Position numbers and translations under genes: made by a program. Shown here piece by piece: positions 35,442 through 48,600 of a stretch of 64,000 bases of DNA. Below the pieces are notes generated by a model. That model saw only the letters and a list, made by a program, of their open reading frames with translations. It ran no database searches and was not told where the DNA came from. Numbering within the stretch: position 1 is the first letter of the stretch; the number at the start of each line of letters is the position of its first letter. Source of the stretch: Eledone cirrhosa (taxonomy: Eukaryota); NCBI GenBank assembly GCA_964016885.1, contig OZ024742.1, positions 6,076,001 through 6,140,000 of the forward strand, in the 5' to 3' direction.

Positions 35442-38400
35442 ACAGCAGCAAAGAAAAACCAATCTCTTTTGCAGGTATCGCAAAGAACCTGGAAACCATC
35501 CTCATAACAAATGAGAAATTAGAGGAAGCGAAGAAGATGGTGACGAAAACCGGACACCGAGCAATCTGCAAGGCAGCCGAAAAATGTTTCAAAACCCAAC
35601 AGCACTGTACGGTCACGTACCGTACAGTAAGCACAAAATCCCGTAGGGTTGAAAGAGCCACAGAGGCTCAAATACAAAAAAGCCTTGGGGTCTGTGTGGC
35701 AGCGGAAAACGCATATCACCCGAGGCAAGAAATATGCCACCGTAGACGTGCTTTTTGCCACACCCCAGGAGGCAAAAGCTCAATCCCTAGTGACCCTAAG
35801 GAGCGAGGAAATGGTGTTGGTGCCCTCCTACTGCGGGCACAAAAATTGTGAGGGTCAAACTGACCCACGCCCCTCCCTCCCCCCTCCCCCGGGATGGCCC
35901 CTTCTTGGCTGGCCGCGTCTGTCCTCGTCGGAATCGAGGACAAAACAACTGTTCTGCAAGTACAGAAAAAAGTAAGAGAAGATTGGGTCGGCACCTCCAT
36001 TGAGATGTTAATCCAAACCAACCAGGAGTGCATCGAAGCTATCCCGGATGTTATAGACTTCGATAACGGCACTCAACTGCCCATAAGTGTTGAGGGCAAA
36101 CGCCCGAAATGCTTTCGCTGTGGATCGAAGACTCACCTCAGGGCCTTCTGCAACGAGAAGACCCTGAGAAAGGAGAAAACCCCTCCCTCCGAAACCGGCT
36201 CCACTGCTACCAGCAAGAGGACAAGCGGCAACCAGGAACGATAGGTCCGTGGCACCCATACTCACGCCACGGAAATCAAGAACAGCAGCAGCAGTGGAAG
36301 TATTAACAACATCAACAGTAATACCAACTGCAGCTGCAACATAGACTCCACTGCAAACATCACCAACAACAAGAAGTGAAAGAGTGGAGCTGGTACCTCT
36401 CCCCGACCTCACAGAATGAGACATGGAGTGTGAGGTGGGAGAGGGATGGCAAAAGGTCGCAAGAAGGCACAAAAGCAGAAGCAGCGCATCGTCGCCTTCG
36501 AAAAGGGAGGAAAGAAATGAAAAAAGGGTAAAGGCTACTGCAAAGACGCTCACAGCAGCAACACCACCAACACCATCACAACCCACACTAGCACCACCAT
36601 CACCACCGGCGACAACCCCACCGCCAACAACAACAACACCTTCAACACCACCACCACAAGCACCAACATCGCAAACACAACAACAAAACACACACACCCA
36701 GCAACAACGACAAGAAAATAGCAGAACCACACCGCACCCCCAGAAAACAAATGCACGGCAATAAATACACACAACAAGAAACTAAAGACTTACATAAATG
36801 AACACACAGACATTTCACAGCAAGACTACATAATACCAGTACCAATCAAAACGCCAACGAACATAAGACTGTTAAAAATAGCACAGAAACAATACACAAA
36901 CATTAAAACGAAATTCCCCAACGCAGTTGTTGATTTCAGAGACATAGGAGGGACTCTCAACCGGAGACTATATTCGGACATACTCATAGAAGAGCCGACA
37001 ACCAGCCGAAGGGACGATTCAACGGTCCCTTCACCAGACGATCAAGTGAAAAGGGATGGGGAAACCATCCTTCCTCTACGAAAAGTACGGTAAGTGGTCT
37101 TTCCCATCTTTTCTACTCCATTTCAACATGACCTCACTCAGAATAAGCAGCATACATGCGCGTGGCTTGGGGTCGTCATGGAAGCAGGGCCACCTGCTCA
37201 ACGACCTCAGATCACTAAACATAGATGTAGTGGCCATCAGCGAGACCAGAATCTCCGAAGCACGGGCCTTGGCACCGATCTTCGGCGGCTACGATGTGTA
37301 CGCATCTCCCAGCCGTCCTGGATTGGGGGGAGTAGTTGCTGTGCTTTTTCGGAGAGGTTTGGATCTCGCCATACGGGCCATCTTCCTGGACCCAGAAGGT
37401 AAGTTGGTGGTGCTGGACGTGACCAGCGGAGACGGGCAAGCTTTCAGGCTAGTGGCCGTCTATGCCCCGACAGGAGCAAGGCGGCCTGATTTCTTCCGGC
37501 GTCTGGAGACCTTTCTTGGAACGTCCCGCTCTTTAGTGTTAGTGGGCGACTGGAAGGGGATCTTAGATGCACGCTGGGACTGTGTGGGATTAGCGGATAG
37601 GGGTGGAGGGTGCAAGAGCCTCACCAACCTGCTCAGGCGTTTTGAACTGTCTGACAGGTACCGATTGGATTTGCCGAATGTGCCAATGTGGACTTGGACA
37701 AATCGCATAGGGTCATCCAGATCATATCTAGATAGAGTATTTTGTAGGGAAATAGATAGGTCTAGCATAGGCTGTCCACAATTCAAGACAGTCAGCTACA
37801 CGGACCACAAATTCGTGATCTGTGTGCTTGACTTAGATAGGTTTCATAGACGAGGACCCGGCTACTGGAAGCTAAACGCGTCCTTACCAGCGCGCAAGGC
37901 CTACAGAGACCGGATTAGCGAACTAGTTAAGCGGGCGTTGACGGGGGCCATCGTCAACAACAAGTGGTGGTTTGCTCTGAAAAGAGCGATTAGAATAGAA
38001 TCGATTAGGTTTAGTAAGGCTTTAGCAATAGAGAAAAATAGAGCAGAGGGAGAACTAGTTAGAAAATTAGACGAGGCGCTTAGCAAAGGCATTGCGACCG
38101 ACGTGCTTGCGGCGAAAGTGGCTCTTGACCAATTTTTCAATCAAAGCACGAAGGCTGCGTTGTCAGAGCAAGGGTGCGTGCTCTCATGCACGAGGGGACG
38201 AAAGCCGTTCAATGGGCCCGAGTGGCGGAGGCGCGTCGTGGCAACAAAGCCACGATCCGGTCTTTGGTGGACCACGACGGGCGCATGCTACTCGATCCCG
38301 GGCAAATGTGTGAAGCTTTTCAGTGACACTTCGTTCAGCTGTTCGCGAGCAGCGGCGGGCCGAATCGAGGGATGGACTTTAGTGTCTACCTCGACGGACT

Positions 38401-40732
38401 GCCGCAGCTCTCGGCCACGGAGGCCGAGTGTTGCGAAAAGCCGATAACAGCCGCTGAAGTACGGGAGGCAATGACTGGCTGCACAAGGGGTAAATCGCCT
38501 GGTTTGGATGGTCTGCCCTATGAACTTTACGTACAGATGCCAGACTTGTTCGGAGGCCTCTTGGCGGACGTCTACTGCAACTGGCAACAGAACGGGAGGA
38601 TTCCCAGCTCTGTGAGCCGAGGAGCTGTGGGGCTGCTGAGAAAGGATCCGAACAAGGGGGATAACATACATAATTTTAGGCCCATAACTCTGCTAAACAC
38701 AGAGTTCAAGATTTTGGCCAAGGTGCTAGCAAAGAGGTTGGCGCTTGTCGTTGGCAGACATGCGCTATTCCCGACAGATCCATCGACGACAACCTCCATC
38801 TCATGCGATACATCGTAGAGAGGGTAGCTAGGGAACCTGGCACGGGGGGGTCCTTGATCAATTTAGGTCAGTCGAAAGCTTTCGTAGGGTCTACCATCGT
38901 TACCTAGCGGCAGTCCTGAGGGCGGCTGGCTTTGGGCCCGTCTTCAGAGGCTGGATCGCTGACATGCACCGCGACACATGCTCTGTGGTGAGAGTGAACG
39001 GTCACCTTTCGGAACCGTTCAACATCATGCGCTCGGTCCGCCAAGGATGTCCCTTCTCGTCCCTCTTGTACGTATTGACTCTCGAGCCATTACTGCACAA
39101 ACTGCAGACGTTGAGGGGGGTCCCGCGCGAACTAGGATGCGGAAGATCCGTGTCAGCATATGCGGACGATGTCACCGTAGTGGTGTCGAACGCCAAACAC
39201 ATCGAGGCGATCGGCACTACACTAAGAGAATACGAAGCGGTGACAGGAGCAATGATCAACCAGGAAAAGTCAGTGGGCCTGCAGCTCAGCACCTGGAGAG
39301 GCAGGTCCATGCCGTCCAACAGCGTCGTCGGGCGCTGGACGTACGGACCGGATAAATTGCTCGGGGTCTGGTTCGGTCCGGATCTCCAGACGGACAAAAA
39401 CTGGGACGAGGTGACGCTATCCCTGAATGGTCGAGCGGAGGTGGGTAACGCGTACATCGCGTCTGTCATCTGCTACCGCCTGACCGTCGTACCTTGTCCT
39501 AAGCCCCGCCTGACTGCGCTGGAGCGTTTGCTCTTTAGCTTTTTGTGGAAGGGACGTGCTCCGATGGTCAGGCGGTCCATCTGCTGTCAACACCCGCTAC
39601 GTGGAGGGCTGGGCATGCCGTGGCTGATGATGCGCAGACACGCGCTCAGGCTACGACATCTCCACCACTTCCTCAACGTGATCAGGTGTGGTCGCCGTTT
39701 GCTAGACGCGTCTTTCCCCAGCTCGTCTCCTTGACGCAGCTGCAGTCCTGGGTCAAGCGAAGACCGAGAGGGAGCGCTTGGAGACTGGAATGTCTCCAGG
39801 CGCTCACAGCCCTCGACCAATCGGGCAATGTGATCGGTGGAAACTCCACCTTGGCGTTCTATAGAGGATTAGTGGAGGGGAAGAGCGACGACGTACTTGG
39901 GGAAACTCTAGGCGTCGACGAAAATCAACTAGCCAATCTCTTCGGAAGAACTTTCGGGCCGGGGCCTATGGACAACTTCCAGAAATCCCTGGCCTGCCAG
40001 TGCTACCGAGGAGATTTGCCAGTTCGGGATAAACTCTACAGGCATGGAAGTGCCGTCAGCCGGGCATGTCCGAGATACGCGCAGGGCGACGAAACCGTCC
40101 CGCACGCACTCGTCCAGTGTCCGAGCATTGCTGACTTGTGGGTTTATGTCGAACACCTGCTGTCGCGTGTAGGACGGATCCAGCTATCAGCTGAGTCCAT
40201 CGTGAGGATTGCCCCGCCCTCTTCCTTTAGCCGAGAAGGCAGGCAGTTTTTATCTGTCTGGTGGCCATGGCGAAAGAGATAGTATGGTGGACACGTTTGA
40301 AAGGTCTGAAGACGAGCACTTACCTCTTCGGTGATGCCCTGATTAACTTTTTCAAATTTAATTTGAAAAGGAAAATCAGAGTAGAAAGGGAAGTGCTCTC
40401 TTCCCAGCATTGTGTTGAAAGATGGGTGAGAGAGGCAAGAATGGCCCGAGTGAATTTGCCTACTCTGAGTATGTGTCTGTAAATTAAAGGTGGAAAACTG
40501 GGAGAGGGCACTTTCCCTGGTGGTCAGGGTCACTGTGGCTTTTTAATGGGCTTTCTCCACGAATGTCCCTCGGTAATCTCCCCCCTATTGGGGAATTTTT
40601 TCATTGTTTTATTATTACATCCTCTGTTTCTTGTTTTTTATACGCAGAAATGCCCACTTGTACCGTCCTGTATTGTCCTGTACTGTCCTTAATGTCTACT
40701 TTATGTAAACCCTTGTGGTTAATAAAGAAAAC
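34821..40732 (+). mobile_element. Full-length, heavily frameshifted Tx1/L1-clade LINE
   Basis: ORF1 pieces with CFRCGSKTHLRAFC. ORF2 pieces at 37128-40482 collinear with 16843-20277. 3' AATAAA + (ATT)n, preceded by (TTA)n. Confidence 0.93.
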
Positions 40733-40757
40733 ATTATTATTATTATTATTATTATTA

Positions 40758-43700
40758 CAGTTGCATTTATCTTGCTTTATGTTCATACGAGTTATCACCA
40801 AGTCACAACCAGTGACCTCAAGAGACAACAAGGTCCGCCATGTTCAAGAAAGAACATACATACTCACACATGCATCTTTAGTGTTTAGACTTGTGATGTA
40901 CTTATATTGACAGAATCTTCCTTAGTATATGGGCAGTTCCCATTAGTACTATCTTTTGTATTTCTCCTATACGCGGGTTTCCTGGGATTTGCGATAAGTA
41001 ATCATTAGACCCCTTAGGTATCATTCCCAGAGCGCCTACAACCACTGGTATTGTTTTAGTTCTCAATTTACACATTTTTCCAATTTCTATCTCCAGGTCC
41101 TTATACCTGCTCAATTTTTCAAATGTTTTTATAGATACATTCTTGTCTATTGGAACAGACATATCAATTAGCAGGCATGCCCTCTTTTTAAAGTCCTTCA
41201 ATATTATATCAGGTCTATTTGCATCTATTTTTCGGTCTGTTTGGATGCTAAAGTTCCACAAGATTGAAATGTGATCTTTTTCAAGTATGGGAGGTGGTTG
41301 ATGCTCCCACCAATTCTTTTGATGGGGCAGGTCAAAATGTTTACACATTATCCAATGTATGTATTGTGCAGCTCTGTCATGCCTGTTTAGGTATTCGGTT
41401 GGAGCTATAGGACTGCACATTGAAATTATATGGTCAATCGTCTCTGGTTGTTTTTTGCATACACGGCATAATGGGCTGCATCCATTTTTTATTATGTTGG
41501 CTTGGTAATTTTTTGTTGGCAGACACTGATCTTGTGCTGATATAATCAGTCCTTCAGTCTCCGATTTCAGTCCAGAGGATGCCAACCAGTGATGGGTTAA
41601 AGTTTTGTCAACATCAGGATTGTTAGCTCGCTCTGGGTATTTTCCATACAGAGGCTTTTCTTGCCATTTCTTAGCCAGTTTCTGTAGCAGTTCTTTCTTT
41701 GCAGTTACTTTTACCTGCTTTGCTTTTTCTGTGTTTTCCATTTCAGCAGTAAATGGGACTTCTGAAATTTGTAGTCCATTACTGTATCTTTGTGCATCTT
41801 TTGTAATGGAATATGATCTTTTGATGCTTTCGTGTTTCAAAACGAGTTTGATCATCCAATCATGTGATTCCCTTAGATATGTAGATAAGCCAATTGTTGC
41901 AGTTTTCAACGCAATGACTAACTGGATTAACCCACGTCCTCCTTCTTTCCTAGGGAGATATATTCTATCTATATCTGCCTTAGGGTGATGCATTCTGTGC
42001 ATGGTTAAGAATTTTCGAATTTTTGTATCGAGCCTACGGATCTCTGTGCTTGACCTGTTTATGACATTGTAACTGTAGGTTACTACTGGTATGGCAAGCG
42101 TGTTTATGGCATCGATCCTATTCCTTGCATTCAATTCCGTTCTTAAGATTGCTCTTACTCTGCGGTAACATTCCTTCCTTATCCTTTCCCTCATTGTCGA
42201 GTGCTTGATTCCGTCTCCTTCACAAACACCTAGATATTTGTAAGTTTTTTCTTGATCAAGTTCTCTTATCACGTTCCCCCGATCAAGATTAATGTCTGAA
42301 CTCTTCAGCAGCTTTCCTCTGGTGAACGTTGCTTTGGCGCATTTATCTAGTCCAAACTCCATTTTAATATCATCACTGAAATGCTCCACAGTGGATAATA
42401 GCCCTAGCAATTGTTCATCATTTTTTGCAAATAGTTTCAGGTCATCCATGTAGAACAGGTGATTAATGGTTTTGTCATAGACTTTATATCCATGTTTTGT
42501 TTCATTGAGCATTTTACTTAATGGTATAAGTGCGATGCAGAATAAAAGCGGTGATAAAGAGTCACCCTGAAAAATTCCACAATTAATATTAACTTCTCCA
42601 GCTTCCAGTGATTTTGTTTCACTATTCAAAAGGAGTGTCGTTTTCCATGTCTTCATACTGAATGACAAAAACCTCCTGACAACGGGGGATATTTTGAAAA
42701 TCTCTAAACATTTTTCAATCCAACTGTGTGGCAAACTATCGAATGTTTTTTTATAATCTATCCAAGCAATCGATAGATTTTTGTGTCTATTATGACAATC
42801 TTCCAGTATCATTTTGTTAACCAAAAGCTGATCCTTACAGCCATATGAGCCTCGTTTACACCCTTTCTGCTCAATGGGAAATAGGTCATTTGTTATCAGG
42901 TGGTCATATGTGTATTCAGTTAGGACCGATGTTAAAATTTTATACATTGTGGTCAAGCAAGTTATCGGTCTGTAATTTTTGGGATTGTTTGTCTCATCAT
43001 TCTTCGGAAGCAGGAATGTAATGCCGTTAACTAGCCATGATGGTATCTTTTCTGGCTCCTTAACTATTTCATTGTAAAGTTGGGCTAACAGCTCATGAGA
43101 CTCTGTGAAGGCATTTATCCAAAAGTTTTGTATTTTGTCTTTTCCTGGTGATTTCCATTTGTTGGTTTTTCTTAGAGCCAAGCGCAACTGTTCAACTGTT
43201 ATATTTTCCCATATTTGTTCCTCAAGGTGAGCTGTATCTTTCATTTTTCTGTCTATCCATGGGGCATGTATGTTATGAACTTTTTCTTCGGCCCAGATCT
43301 TTTCCCAGAATTCTTGTACTTCCTCCTTGGGTGGTATTGATTTAGCAGTTATTGTTGACTTACCAATTTTTCTGTAGAAGTTTCTTTGATTGTTTTTGAA
43401 CATATTATTGTCCTTATAGAATCTAGATCGTTTTTCAAAGCGCCTTATACGAGCAGCTTTGGCCGACACTTTTTGCTTGATTATTTCTATCAGCATGTCT
43501 ATGTCACATGTTGATTTTATACTGTACTTTTTTTTCAATTTTCTAAGTTTAGTTTGTTTAACATGTTCACCTACTTTATAGTTTGTTAAAATTTCTATGT
43601 CAGATCGGAGAAGGTTTATTTGGCGATTGATGTTCTCTTGCCAAGTAGATTTCTTGTGGGAATTCCTTTGTTTTTTCATCTTCACTCCACATAAGTGAGT

Positions 43701-44712
43701 GGTGACTTTAGCCGATGCATAATAGAGATGATTTAAATCAGTAATGTTTAGTTTGTTTGTGATGATAATGTTTTTGAGAATTATGTTAGTCTTGTGTATT
43801 ATCTTTTGGTTCTGTTTGGAGTTCTGGATCTTAGGGAGGGTGTCTCGTTGCCCCATGTCAGATTCTTTCATTTTCATCCATTCGATCATAATTTCATCCT
43901 TCAAGTTGGCAAGTTCATTCTCATTCATTTCTTTATCATTTACGATCTCATTATTTTCATTTGGAGTTTCATCTTGAGCATGCACTCCCTCCACTTTTTC
44001 GATCCTTTCTTTAATTTGTTCTGTTGCCAGTGATTCCGCCCCAACCCTGGGATTCGAAGTGTTACAATTTACCTCGTTTTCACTGACACATGTTTCATTT
44101 TCCCTTCGCTGACTTTGTGCTAATAGCTTGATCTGATCAATTTCTATATCAGTTAGTAACTTTTTTCTTACAATATTTCTTCGTATATTGGCTAGTTTGT
44201 TACTGTCAATATAGCCTCTGTTTTCGGGATGTTTCTTTTTCCAGTTGATATATGTCTGTTCTATATTCGATGTATTTGATGGGTAGTACATGGCAGTGTA
44301 GAAAGCCTCAAGGACTTCTTTATTATCTTCCCTTGACCATTTTTCTCTCTTTTTCTTGGGATTTCTTGGTGGTGAGCATGGAGGGCCAACAGTAGGAGTA
44401 TTCCGTTTATGGGAGGTCTCCAGCTCCGAAGTGATGGGAAGGTTTGAACCATTAGCTGATTTTTCGACCCCAGTCTGGTTACTCTCTGAGGGACGCGGCC
44501 CATTTTTACCCGGGTGACGGCCGATCCGGTATGAGATTTTATCATTAGACATTTACTTTATTTTGTCGCGTTTTATCCTTATCCGCCAAGGGGTAATCAT
44601 TTCGTGTTACCACTTCTAGAACGAGTGTCAACCAAGACTAGAGGGGTCGTTCTCCCCTAGAGACACGGCTATTCCCTGCCGGCCGCCATCCTGGTATTTC
44701 TTGGTCACGGGG
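40758..44712 (-). mobile_element. Apparently full-length R4/Dong-type RLE non-LTR retrotransposon
   Basis: Single intact ORF, ~145-bp 3' UTR running directly into (TAA)n, and a GC-richer ~160-bp 5' UTR (5' boundary approximate). Confidence 0.93.
40902..44552 (-). CDS. 1216-aa RT + CCHC zinc finger + restriction-like endonuclease protein (R4/Dong clade)
   Basis: [87 protein letters not shown]. Confidence 0.95.
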   Translation of the reverse strand: MSNDKISYRIGRHPGKNGPRPSESNQTGVEKSANGSNLPITSELETSHKRNTPTVGPPCSPPRNPKKKREKWSREDNKEVLEAFYTAMYYPSNTSNIEQTYINWKKKHPENRGYIDSNKLANIRRNIVRKKLLTDIEIDQIKLLAQSQRRENETCVSENEVNCNTSNPRVGAESLATEQIKERIEKVEGVHAQDETPNENNEIVNDKEMNENELANLKDEIMIEWMKMKESDMGQRDTLPKIQNSKQNQKIIHKTNIILKNIIITNKLNITDLNHLYYASAKVTTHLCGVKMKKQRNSHKKSTWQENINRQINLLRSDIEILTNYKVGEHVKQTKLRKLKKKYSIKSTCDIDMLIEIIKQKVSAKAARIRRFEKRSRFYKDNNMFKNNQRNFYRKIGKSTITAKSIPPKEEVQEFWEKIWAEEKVHNIHAPWIDRKMKDTAHLEEQIWENITVEQLRLALRKTNKWKSPGKDKIQNFWINAFTESHELLAQLYNEIVKEPEKIPSWLVNGITFLLPKNDETNNPKNYRPITCLTTMYKILTSVLTEYTYDHLITNDLFPIEQKGCKRGSYGCKDQLLVNKMILEDCHNRHKNLSIAWIDYKKTFDSLPHSWIEKCLEIFKISPVVRRFLSFSMKTWKTTLLLNSETKSLEAGEVNINCGIFQGDSLSPLLFCIALIPLSKMLNETKHGYKVYDKTINHLFYMDDLKLFAKNDEQLLGLLSTVEHFSDDIKMEFGLDKCAKATFTRGKLLKSSDINLDRGNVIRELDQEKTYKYLGVCEGDGIKHSTMRERIRKECYRRVRAILRTELNARNRIDAINTLAIPVVTYSYNVINRSSTEIRRLDTKIRKFLTMHRMHHPKADIDRIYLPRKEGGRGLIQLVIALKTATIGLSTYLRESHDWMIKLVLKHESIKRSYSITKDAQRYSNGLQISEVPFTAEMENTEKAKQVKVTAKKELLQKLAKKWQEKPLYGKYPERANNPDVDKTLTHHWLASSGLKSETEGLIISAQDQCLPTKNYQANIIKNGCSPLCRVCKKQPETIDHIISMCSPIAPTEYLNRHDRAAQYIHWIMCKHFDLPHQKNWWEHQPPPILEKDHISILWNFSIQTDRKIDANRPDIILKDFKKRACLLIDMSVPIDKNVSIKTFEKLSRYKDLEIEIGKMCKLRTKTIPVVVGALGMIPKGSNDYLSQIPGNPRIGEIQKIVLMGTAHILRKILSI

Positions 44713-44789
44713 TTTTCTTTTTGTTGTTTTTTTAAATTGTTATTATCATTAGTGGTTCCTTAATGTGAGCATTGTGTGGCTTAAGAATG

Positions 44790-44846
44790 AAATTATTAAT
44801 AATTGTCTCCACTCCAGGCACAAGGCCAGCAATCACCCAGTACATT
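44790..44846 (-). mobile_element. SINE 3' tail remnant
   Basis: Reverse complement reads GTAATGTACTGGGTGATTGCTGGCCTTGTGCCTGGAGTGGAGACAATTATT. Confidence 0.7.
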
Positions 44847-45642
44847 ACAATAATATAATATACTTTTTGCTGAAGTTGCCTGTTAGTGTTGTTGGCTATG
44901 TCGGTGGTGGTGCCGGGGCTTTTTATATTGTTGGTGAGGAAGGGGTGAGCCAGCAGTCCCATAGTTGTTGATGTTGACGTTTGGCCGGTGGCCAGGTCAC
45001 TAAGTCAATCTATTTATATCTTTTGCTAGCCTCTCCCTTGTCTAGTGATACCGCCACCTTCCCCTTTCTCTCTCAAGTTAACAGGGGAATAGTGGTGGTA
45101 GCAATGAAGGAGTGGTGGCAGCGGTGATGGGATAGTGGTAGCAATGATGGATGGAGTGGTGGCGGCGGTGGCGTTGTCGTTACTGAGTTTTGTGATATGT
45201 AGTATCTATGAGTTTGTGTTCGTATGTTTCATATATATTGTGTTGACATATTCCCGTAAAATTGGAATTAAACATTTTGTTAACACTTGAGACAATAATA
45301 ATAGTAATTATTATTATGATGCTGGGATTGGTGGTGGTGGTGCTGAAATTGCCGTTATCTGGCTGTTATATTTAGTGTGATGGGTTAGGTGGTGTATCAG
45401 GTTTCTGGTGTTGGTGAAATTGCTGTTATTTGGCTGTTCTATATAGTGTAGACAGAGGGTGTTTTCTTCCATTTATAACCATTTTCTTTTTTTTAATACA
45501 AAATATATAATACAAAATTGAATATTTGAGCGATATAACAATATAATATGGATCCGAAACTTTATGGGACTTGATTCGGTCGTTTATGCAACATTTGTAC
45601 TAAGAATTGTTATTTCACAATTGATTTAAATATGTTAAAAAT

Positions 45643-48600
45643 CAACTATCATAGCAACAACGCTGTAATAACAACAGCAATGGCAACAGTAACAACAACA
45701 ACTATCATAGCAACAACGTTGTAATAACAACACCAATGGCAACAGCAACAACAACAACAAATATCATAGCAACAACGTTGTAATAACAACACCAATGGCA
45801 ACAACAACAACAACAAGTATCATAGCAACAACGCTGTAATAAAAACACCAATGTCAACATCAACAACAACAACAAATATCATAGCAACAACGCTGTAATA
45901 ACAACACCAATGGCAACAGCACCAAAAACAACTAGCATAGCAACAACGCTATAATAACAACACCAATGGCATCAGAAACAACAACTATCATAGCAACAAC
46001 GCTGTAATAACAACAGCAATGGCAACAGCAACAAAAACAACTAGCATAGCAACAACGCTATAATAACAACACCAATGGCAACAGAAACAACAACTATCAT
46101 AGCAACAACGCTGTAATAACAACACCAATGGCAACAGCAACAAAAACAACTAGCATAGCAACAACGCTATAATAACAACACCAATGGCAACAGAAACAAC
46201 AACTATCATAGCAACAACGCTGTAATAACAACACGAATGGCAACATCAACAAAAACAACTATCATAGCAACAACGCTTTAATAACAACAACAATGGCAAC
46301 AGCAACAACAACTATCATAGCAACAAGGCTGTAATAAAAACACCAATGGCAACAGCAACAACAACAACAACTATCATAGCAACAACGCTGTAATAACAAC
46401 ACCAATGGCAACACCAACAACAACAACAATTATCATAGCAACAACGCTGTAATAACAACACCAATGGCAACAACAACAACAACTATCATAGCAACAACGC
46501 TGTAATAACAACACCAATGGCAACAGCAACAACAACAACTATCATAGCAACAACGCTGTAATAACAACGCCAATGGCAACAGCAACAAAAACTATCATAG
46601 TAACAACGCTGTAATAACAACAGCAATGGCAACAACAACAACAACTCTCATAGCAACAACGCTGTAATAACAACAGCAATGGCAACAGCAACAACAACAA
46701 CTATCATAGCAACAACGCTGTAATAACAACGCCAATGGCAAAAGCAACAACAACTATCATAGCAACAACGCTGTAATAACAACAGCAATGGCAACAGCAA
46801 CAACAACAACTATCATAGCAACAACACTGTAATAACAACACCAATGGCAACATCAACAACAACAACAAGTATCATAGCAACAACGTTGTAGTAACAACAC
46901 CAATGGCAACATCAACAACAACAACTCTCATAGTAACAACGCTGTAATAACAACACCAATGGCAACAAGAACAACAACAACAACAACTATCATAGCAACA
47001 ACGCTGTAATAACAACACCAATGGCAACATCAACAACAACAACTATCATAGCAACAACGCTGTAATAACAACACCAATGGCAACAGCAACAACAACAACT
47101 ATCATAGCAACAACGCTGTAATAACAACACCAATGGCAACAGCAACAACAACAACTATCATAGCAACAACGCTGTAATAACAACACCAATGGCAACAGCA
47201 ACAACAACAACTATCATAGCAACAACGCTGTAATAACAACACCAATGGCAACAGCAACAACAACAACTATCATAGCAACAACGCTGTAATAACAACACCA
47301 ATGGCAACAGCAACAACAACAACTATCATAGCAACAACGCTGTAATAACAACACCAATGGCAACAGCAACAACAACAACTATCATAGCAACAACGCTGTA
47401 ATAAGAACACCAATGGCAACAGCAACAACAACAACTATCATAGCAACAACGCTGTAATAAGACAGCAATGGCAACATCAACAACAACAACTATCATAGCA
47501 ACAACGCTGTAATAACAACAGCAATGGCAACATCAACAACAACAACTATCATAGCAACAACGCTGTAATAACAACACCCATGGCAACAGCAACAACAACA
47601 ACTATCATAGCAACAACGCTGTAATAACAACGCCAATGGCAACAGCAACAAAAACTATCATAGTAACAACGCTGTAATAACAACACCAATGGCAACAGCA
47701 ACAACAACAACTATCATAGCAACAACGCTGTAATAACAACACCAATGGCAACAGCAACAACAACAACTATCATAGCAACAACGCTGTAATAACAACACCA
47801 ATGGCAACAGCAACAACAACAACTATCATAGCAACAACGCTCTAATAACAACACCAATGGCAACAGAAACAACAACAACTATCATAGCAACAACGCTGTA
47901 ATAACACAGCAATGGCAACATCAACAACAACAACTATCATAGCAACAACGCTGTAATAACAACAGCAATGGCAACATCAACAACAACAACTATCATAGCA
48001 ACAACGTTGTAATAACAACACCAATGGCAACAGCAACAACAACAACAAATATCATAGCAACAACGTTGTAATAACAACACCAATGGCAACAACAACAACA
48101 ACAAGTATCATAGCATCAACGCTGTAATAAAAACACCAATGTCAACATCAACAACAACAACAAATATCATAGCAACAACGCTGTAATAACAACACCAATG
48201 GCAACAGCAACCAAAACAACTAGCATAGCAACAACGCTATAATAACAACACCAATGGCATCAGAAACAACAACTATCATAGCAACAACGCTGTAATAACA
48301 ACAGCAATGGCAACAGCAACAAAAACAACTAGCATAGCAACAACGCTATAATAACAACACCAATGGCAACAGAAACAACAACTATCATAGCAACAACGCT
48401 GTAATAACAACACCAATGGCAACAGCAACAAAAACAACTAGCATAGCAACAACGCTATAATAACAACACCAATGGCAACAGAAACAACAACTATCATAGC
48501 AACAACGCTGTAATAACAACACGAATGGCAACATCAACAAAAACAACTATCATAGCAACAACGCTTTAATAACAACAACAATGGCAACAGCAACAACAAC

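Noticed and set aside
44553-44712. HDV-like ribozyme in the Dong/R4 5' UTR
   Set aside because: It is plausible by family precedent and hairpins are present, but I could not build the nested double pseudoknot by eye. It needs a descriptor search.
44850-45640. Host gene exon in the unique-looking spacer before the satellite
   Set aside because: No convincing ORF or splice pattern. It is GT-rich low-complexity sequence with a short local duplication.
45660-45675. Satellite motif CTGTAATAA derived from the Dong 3' junction (CTG-TAATAA)
   Set aside because: Only ~9 bp of low-complexity match, so chance is likely.
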